Assembly: GCF_902713615.1 (NCBI RefSeq)
Contig: NW_024055852.1
Span: 1 to 64,000 of the forward strand
From: Scyliorhinus canicula
Lineage: Eukaryota
Reading direction: 5' to 3'
Length of the DNA stretch: 64,000 nucleotides
This document shows, piece after piece, positions 60,002 through 64,000 of the stretch. Each line of letters starts with the position of its first letter. The first letter of the stretch is position 1. Below the pieces are notes generated by a model. The model made no database searches, had not been told where the DNA came from, and was given only the letters and a program-made list of their open reading frames with translations. Position numbers and translations under genes: made by a program.

Positions 60002-60177
60002 CATGATGTGGAGGTGCCGGCGTTGGACTGGGGTGGGCACAGTAAGAAGTCTTACAACACCAGGTTATAGTTCAACAGGTTTGTTTTGAATCACAAGTTT
60101 TCAGAGCGTAGCTCCTTCCTCTTCACCTGAGGAAGGAGCTGTGCTCCGAAAGCTAGTGATTCTTAACAAACCTGTTG
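60002..60177. mobile_element. Penelope-like inverted pseudo-LTR pair
   Basis: Minus copy 60002-60120 truncated inside its hammerhead core, joined to a plus copy from 60121. Confidence 0.75.
60123..60159 (+). ncRNA. Minimal type-I hammerhead ribozyme motif, fully intact
   Basis: tcac CTGAGGA a GGAGC tgt GCTCC GAAA GCT A gtga; predicted cleavage after CUA at 60155. Confidence 0.7.
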
Positions 60178-61499
60178 TGTGCAGACAGCTTTTGAATAGT
60201 CAAATATCGTTATATGGAAGATAATTTCAAATTATGTATTGCTTATATTTGACCCCTCTGTGTTTCGATGTGAAGCATTCTGCAGCCTAAATACCGTTCA
60301 TGTATAAGAAAGGAGGGGTGACAGCAAATCCACACTGAGCCTGGATTTCCTCATCTCACTGAGTGGCTTTTCCTGTTTCTCCATCATGAAGGCCGAATTT
60401 TTTAAAAAGGTGGTTCCGTTAAATCTCTGTCATTTCCTCTAATTCAGTGACAGTATCGGTTGTGTCTGTCTATATGAGCATACAAGTAGATATGTTTTGT
60501 ACAGTGATTAAAATATTAATCTACGTCTACAAAGCCGTTAAATTATTTTGTGAACTGAGCAGACTGCCATGATCTGCACTTTGTTTTTTCATGTATGGAA
60601 CGATCTGTCTGGACTGTACGCAGAACAATACTTTTCACTGTACCTCGGTACACATGACAATAAATCAAATCCAATCAAAGAGATAGTTTCTTACTCGTCT
60701 TCAGATTGAACAATGAGCTGCCTTAAAAAACTATCCATTTATGGGAGGTGGGGGTCACTAGCGGGGCCAGCATTTACTGCTCATTCCAATTGTCCTTGAA
60801 CTGTGTGTCTTGCGAGGCTATTTCAGAGGACACTTACAAATAAACAGGACCAGTGCTGCGGATCTGGAGTCACTTGTCTGCCAGGCCACGTAAGGAGATC
60901 TGATTTCCTAAGGGACATTAGTGAACCAGATGGGTTTTTACAATAACTATAGAATCATAGAATTTACAGTGCAGAAGGAGCCCATCGAGTCTGCGCCGGC
61001 CCTTTTGGAAAGAGCACCCTACCAAACCCCACACTTCCACCCTATCCCCATAACCCACCAACCTTTTTGGACTGATGTCTGACACCACCTACTGGTGGGA
61101 GGTCACACTGCTGAGTACATGTAATATTATCTACAGGCTTATCACCACATCTAGTAACATCTCAAAATTATCGAATAATTTATTTTTCAATCAAATTCTG
61201 ATAGCTCTGCAGTTTCTGGCAACATTTTGGTTCATAGTGTTATTTTTTAAACTAAAGATCTAGTCTTTATAATACAATTACCCAATACACCAATTCACTA
61301 ATGATAATCAATGTTCACTACTGAATAATCATGAAATTAATTAATGTCTTTTTGCTATGAAATCAATACATCGTTAATACAGAAAAGGTACAGAAGGTGA
61401 AATGGCTGCAGCAAGCCACAAGTTAGAGGTATAAAAGGGCTTCCTTGACCTTGTCTGGCATCTTTGAATTTGTCTATATATATGTTTCTGGAACATACC

Positions 61500-61627
61500 T
61501 CTTCATTCACCTGAGGAAGGAACAGTGCTCCGAAAGCTTGTGTTTGAAACAAACCTGCTAGACTTTAACCTGGTGTTGTTAGACTTCTTACTGAGCTCAT
61601 CCCAGTCCAACGCCGGCATCTCCACAC
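61500..61627 (+). mobile_element. Penelope-like pseudo-LTR fragment (hammerhead with stem II mismatch and CUU site)
   Basis: tcacctgaggaaggaacagtgctccgaaagcttgtg...ccaacgccggcatctccac. Confidence 0.7.
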
Positions 61628-63499
61628 CTTGTTACTAATGACAGTGAATACACTATGAAAATAACAATTTTAAAACTAAATGTGATTACACATGTGCACT
61701 TACAGCTTCCTACATTACAACAGTGAAGTTTTCAAAAATACTCTATTGGCTTTAAAAGACTTTAAGAGGGCCAATGAAACGTTTTATAGAAATGTACATT
61801 TGTTCTAATTGTTGGCAAATTAGGATATATTACACTCGGTGTCCTCACCAAAACCATTGACAAACATTGAATCTTAATTTTGTGTAATAACCACGCCATT
61901 GACACCATTTCAAATACTCTGTGAACCTCCAGATACACCATATCCACAAAAATACAGCGAGTTGCTGTGGTTTGGAATGCATTGTCGAGAAATGATACTG
62001 GAATCTCATTGGACAGTAAATTCCAAAGGGAATTTGATGCATTCCAAAAATGAAAACAAAATAGTTGAACTAGGAGATTAAATGGGTCCCTGTAAAAAGA
62101 GCTAGCATGGGGAAAATGGGCCAAATGGACTCTTCTGTTCTGTAGCTGCCTTGTGTACATGTAAAGTGAGTGGTAATGACCTGTAACCTGCTGCCTATGA
62201 GGGTAGGAGATGCAGAGATGACGTAAGGATTTCAATAGGAAATTTTGCAGGCACTGAGAGAAATAAACACACAGGGATTCGGGGAAAGAACGGGGCAATG
62301 GCGAGACTGGCTTCCACCACAGGGAGCCGACAGGGTCCCAAAGGGATGAATGGCCCCATTCCCCACCCTCCAGATGCTGTGATCTCAGGAGAGAAATTCA
62401 GCTGCTCCAGTCACTCCAACTAACTGGAGCCCCTCATCCCTGGTGCCATTCTTGTAAATGTCCTCTACACCGTCTCTAACAACGTCACATGTTTCCTAAA
62501 GTGTGGGGCCCATACATAGGGTTCCATTTTAGAGGGATAGAATTGAAAAGCACAGAGGAATCAGGGTTAGACTACACTGGGAGCACTGTCCATTTAGAAA
62601 ATGGAAATAGAGGCACTGAAGAAGGTGCAACAAAGATTCATAATATACAGAACTGAGAGCATTGAACACTCAGGAAAAGCTGGGGCTGATTTTTTCTGGT
62701 AAAGAGAAAACAGATGGATGACCTGGTGGAAGTCTTTAAGATTATGAAGGGATTCAATAATCCAATACGAATTTCAGTAGACCCCTCTTTACCAGCGAGT
62801 GGTGGGAATCTGGAACTCACTACCACAGCAAGTGGTTGAGGTGAACAGCATGAATCCATTGAACAGGAAGCTAGATACATACATGAGATAGAAACAATAG
62901 ATGCTGATGGGGGATGTAGAGGGGTGGAGGGAGGATCATGTGGAGCACAAATACCGACATAGACCATGGCTAACCTCAGCCGGTATGGGAATTTAACCTG
63001 TGCTGTTGGTGTCACTCAGCACGAACCAGCCATCCAGGCAACTGAGCTAACCAATCCCCGTGTAAATCTGTAATAATTCCTTCAATATTAGTGATTGCCT
63101 GACTCCCACCATACTATTTAATGTAGTTTCCCAGTGCACCTCAGATAACTTGCCCCTCATACCCTGATAGTTTTCTTCTGTGAGAAGCTCCACGATAAAT
63201 TAAACAAAAGAACCATGTAACCACCATAGCCCATCTTCATGGCAATGTGGCATGAGTTTTGGGGTTCCCAAACAGAAATGGTAATAAAACATCTCTAACC
63301 TCCAAACTCCCTTTCACTTTTTGATCCTTGTGAAATGTGCAACCAGATATTCGCAAGAAGGCTCAGAGAGAATCAGCCCATTGGAGACGAAGCCGTGAGA
63401 CCGGCTAGTCCAGCAGAAAGAAGCCCTCTGACCATCCCCATTGACCAACAGAATGAACAAAATGCAGTCCTGGATGTAATTGAGAACAGAAAAAATAAC

Positions 63500-63650
63500 A
63501 GCAGAATCCAATCCCTGTAATCAGTTTGGAACCTGTTGGTCAGAAAGTGCGATGAATTACAAAATCCCTTTGCACATTGAGAGCAGGTGAACGGCCCCTC
63601 CCCAGTATGAACTCCCTGGTGTGACTGCAGACGGCATAACCGAGTGAATC
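63500..63650 (-). pseudogene. 3' end of a C2H2 zinc-finger gene, truncated by a CR1 insertion
   Basis: [36 protein letters not shown], followed by the gattggattctgctgtt 3' motif also seen after the ZNF copies at 1640 and 44430. Confidence 0.75.
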
Positions 63651-64000
63651 GCGCAAATAGAGGTAAACGGGAGTGAGATCATCGGGATTCTGGAGACATG
63701 GCTGCAGGATGACCAGGGATGGGAACTGAATATATTCAGTATTTAGGAAGGACAGACAAAAAGGAAAAGGCAATGGAGTGGCAGTGCTGGTTAAAACGGA
63801 AACTAATGCAATAGTGAGGAAGGATATTAGCTCCGACAATGTGGAATCTGTATGGGTAGAACTGAGAAATACCAAGGGGAAAATATAAAAGGCTGATTGT
63901 AAAAGTATCTGTCGGTATGTGAAAAGATTGGTGAAGCCAAAGGTTCCTTACAGTCAGAAACAGGGGAATGTATAATAGGGGACAAAGAAATGGCTGAGCA
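63651..64000 (+). mobile_element. CR1 LINE ORF2 endonuclease region, continuing past the window end
   Basis: [54 protein letters not shown]. Confidence 0.85.

Overview
Elasmobranch (shark) genomic DNA; the species cannot be fixed from the sequence alone. The core is one complete IgM heavy-chain cluster on the + strand (17.4-41.5 kb): leader, VH, JH, Cmu1-Cmu4 with secretory tail, TM1 and TM2. All exons are open and the splice phases are compatible. The VH is already fused to D-like sequence and ends in a 12-bp-spacer RSS facing a 23-bp-spacer JH RSS, so it is a partially germline-joined V(D)D-J cluster needing only one RAG join. It is flanked by C2H2 zinc-finger genes (one nearly intact at 0.7-1.6 kb, two decayed at 44.4 and 63.5 kb). 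Also present: an 8.4-kb endogenous retrovirus that looks chimeric (foamy-like RT/RNase H plus class-I-like integrase/env, tRNA-Phe PBS); a 4.0-kb Ty3/Gypsy element with LTRs and TSD but no protease; a decayed tRNA array (four tRNA-Val pseudogenes and an intron-containing tRNA-Pro(CGG)); Penelope-like fragments carrying minimal hammerhead ribozyme motifs; and many L1, CR1 and SINE insertions and minisatellites. All alignments and counts were done by eye, and family names come from motif recognition, not database searches.
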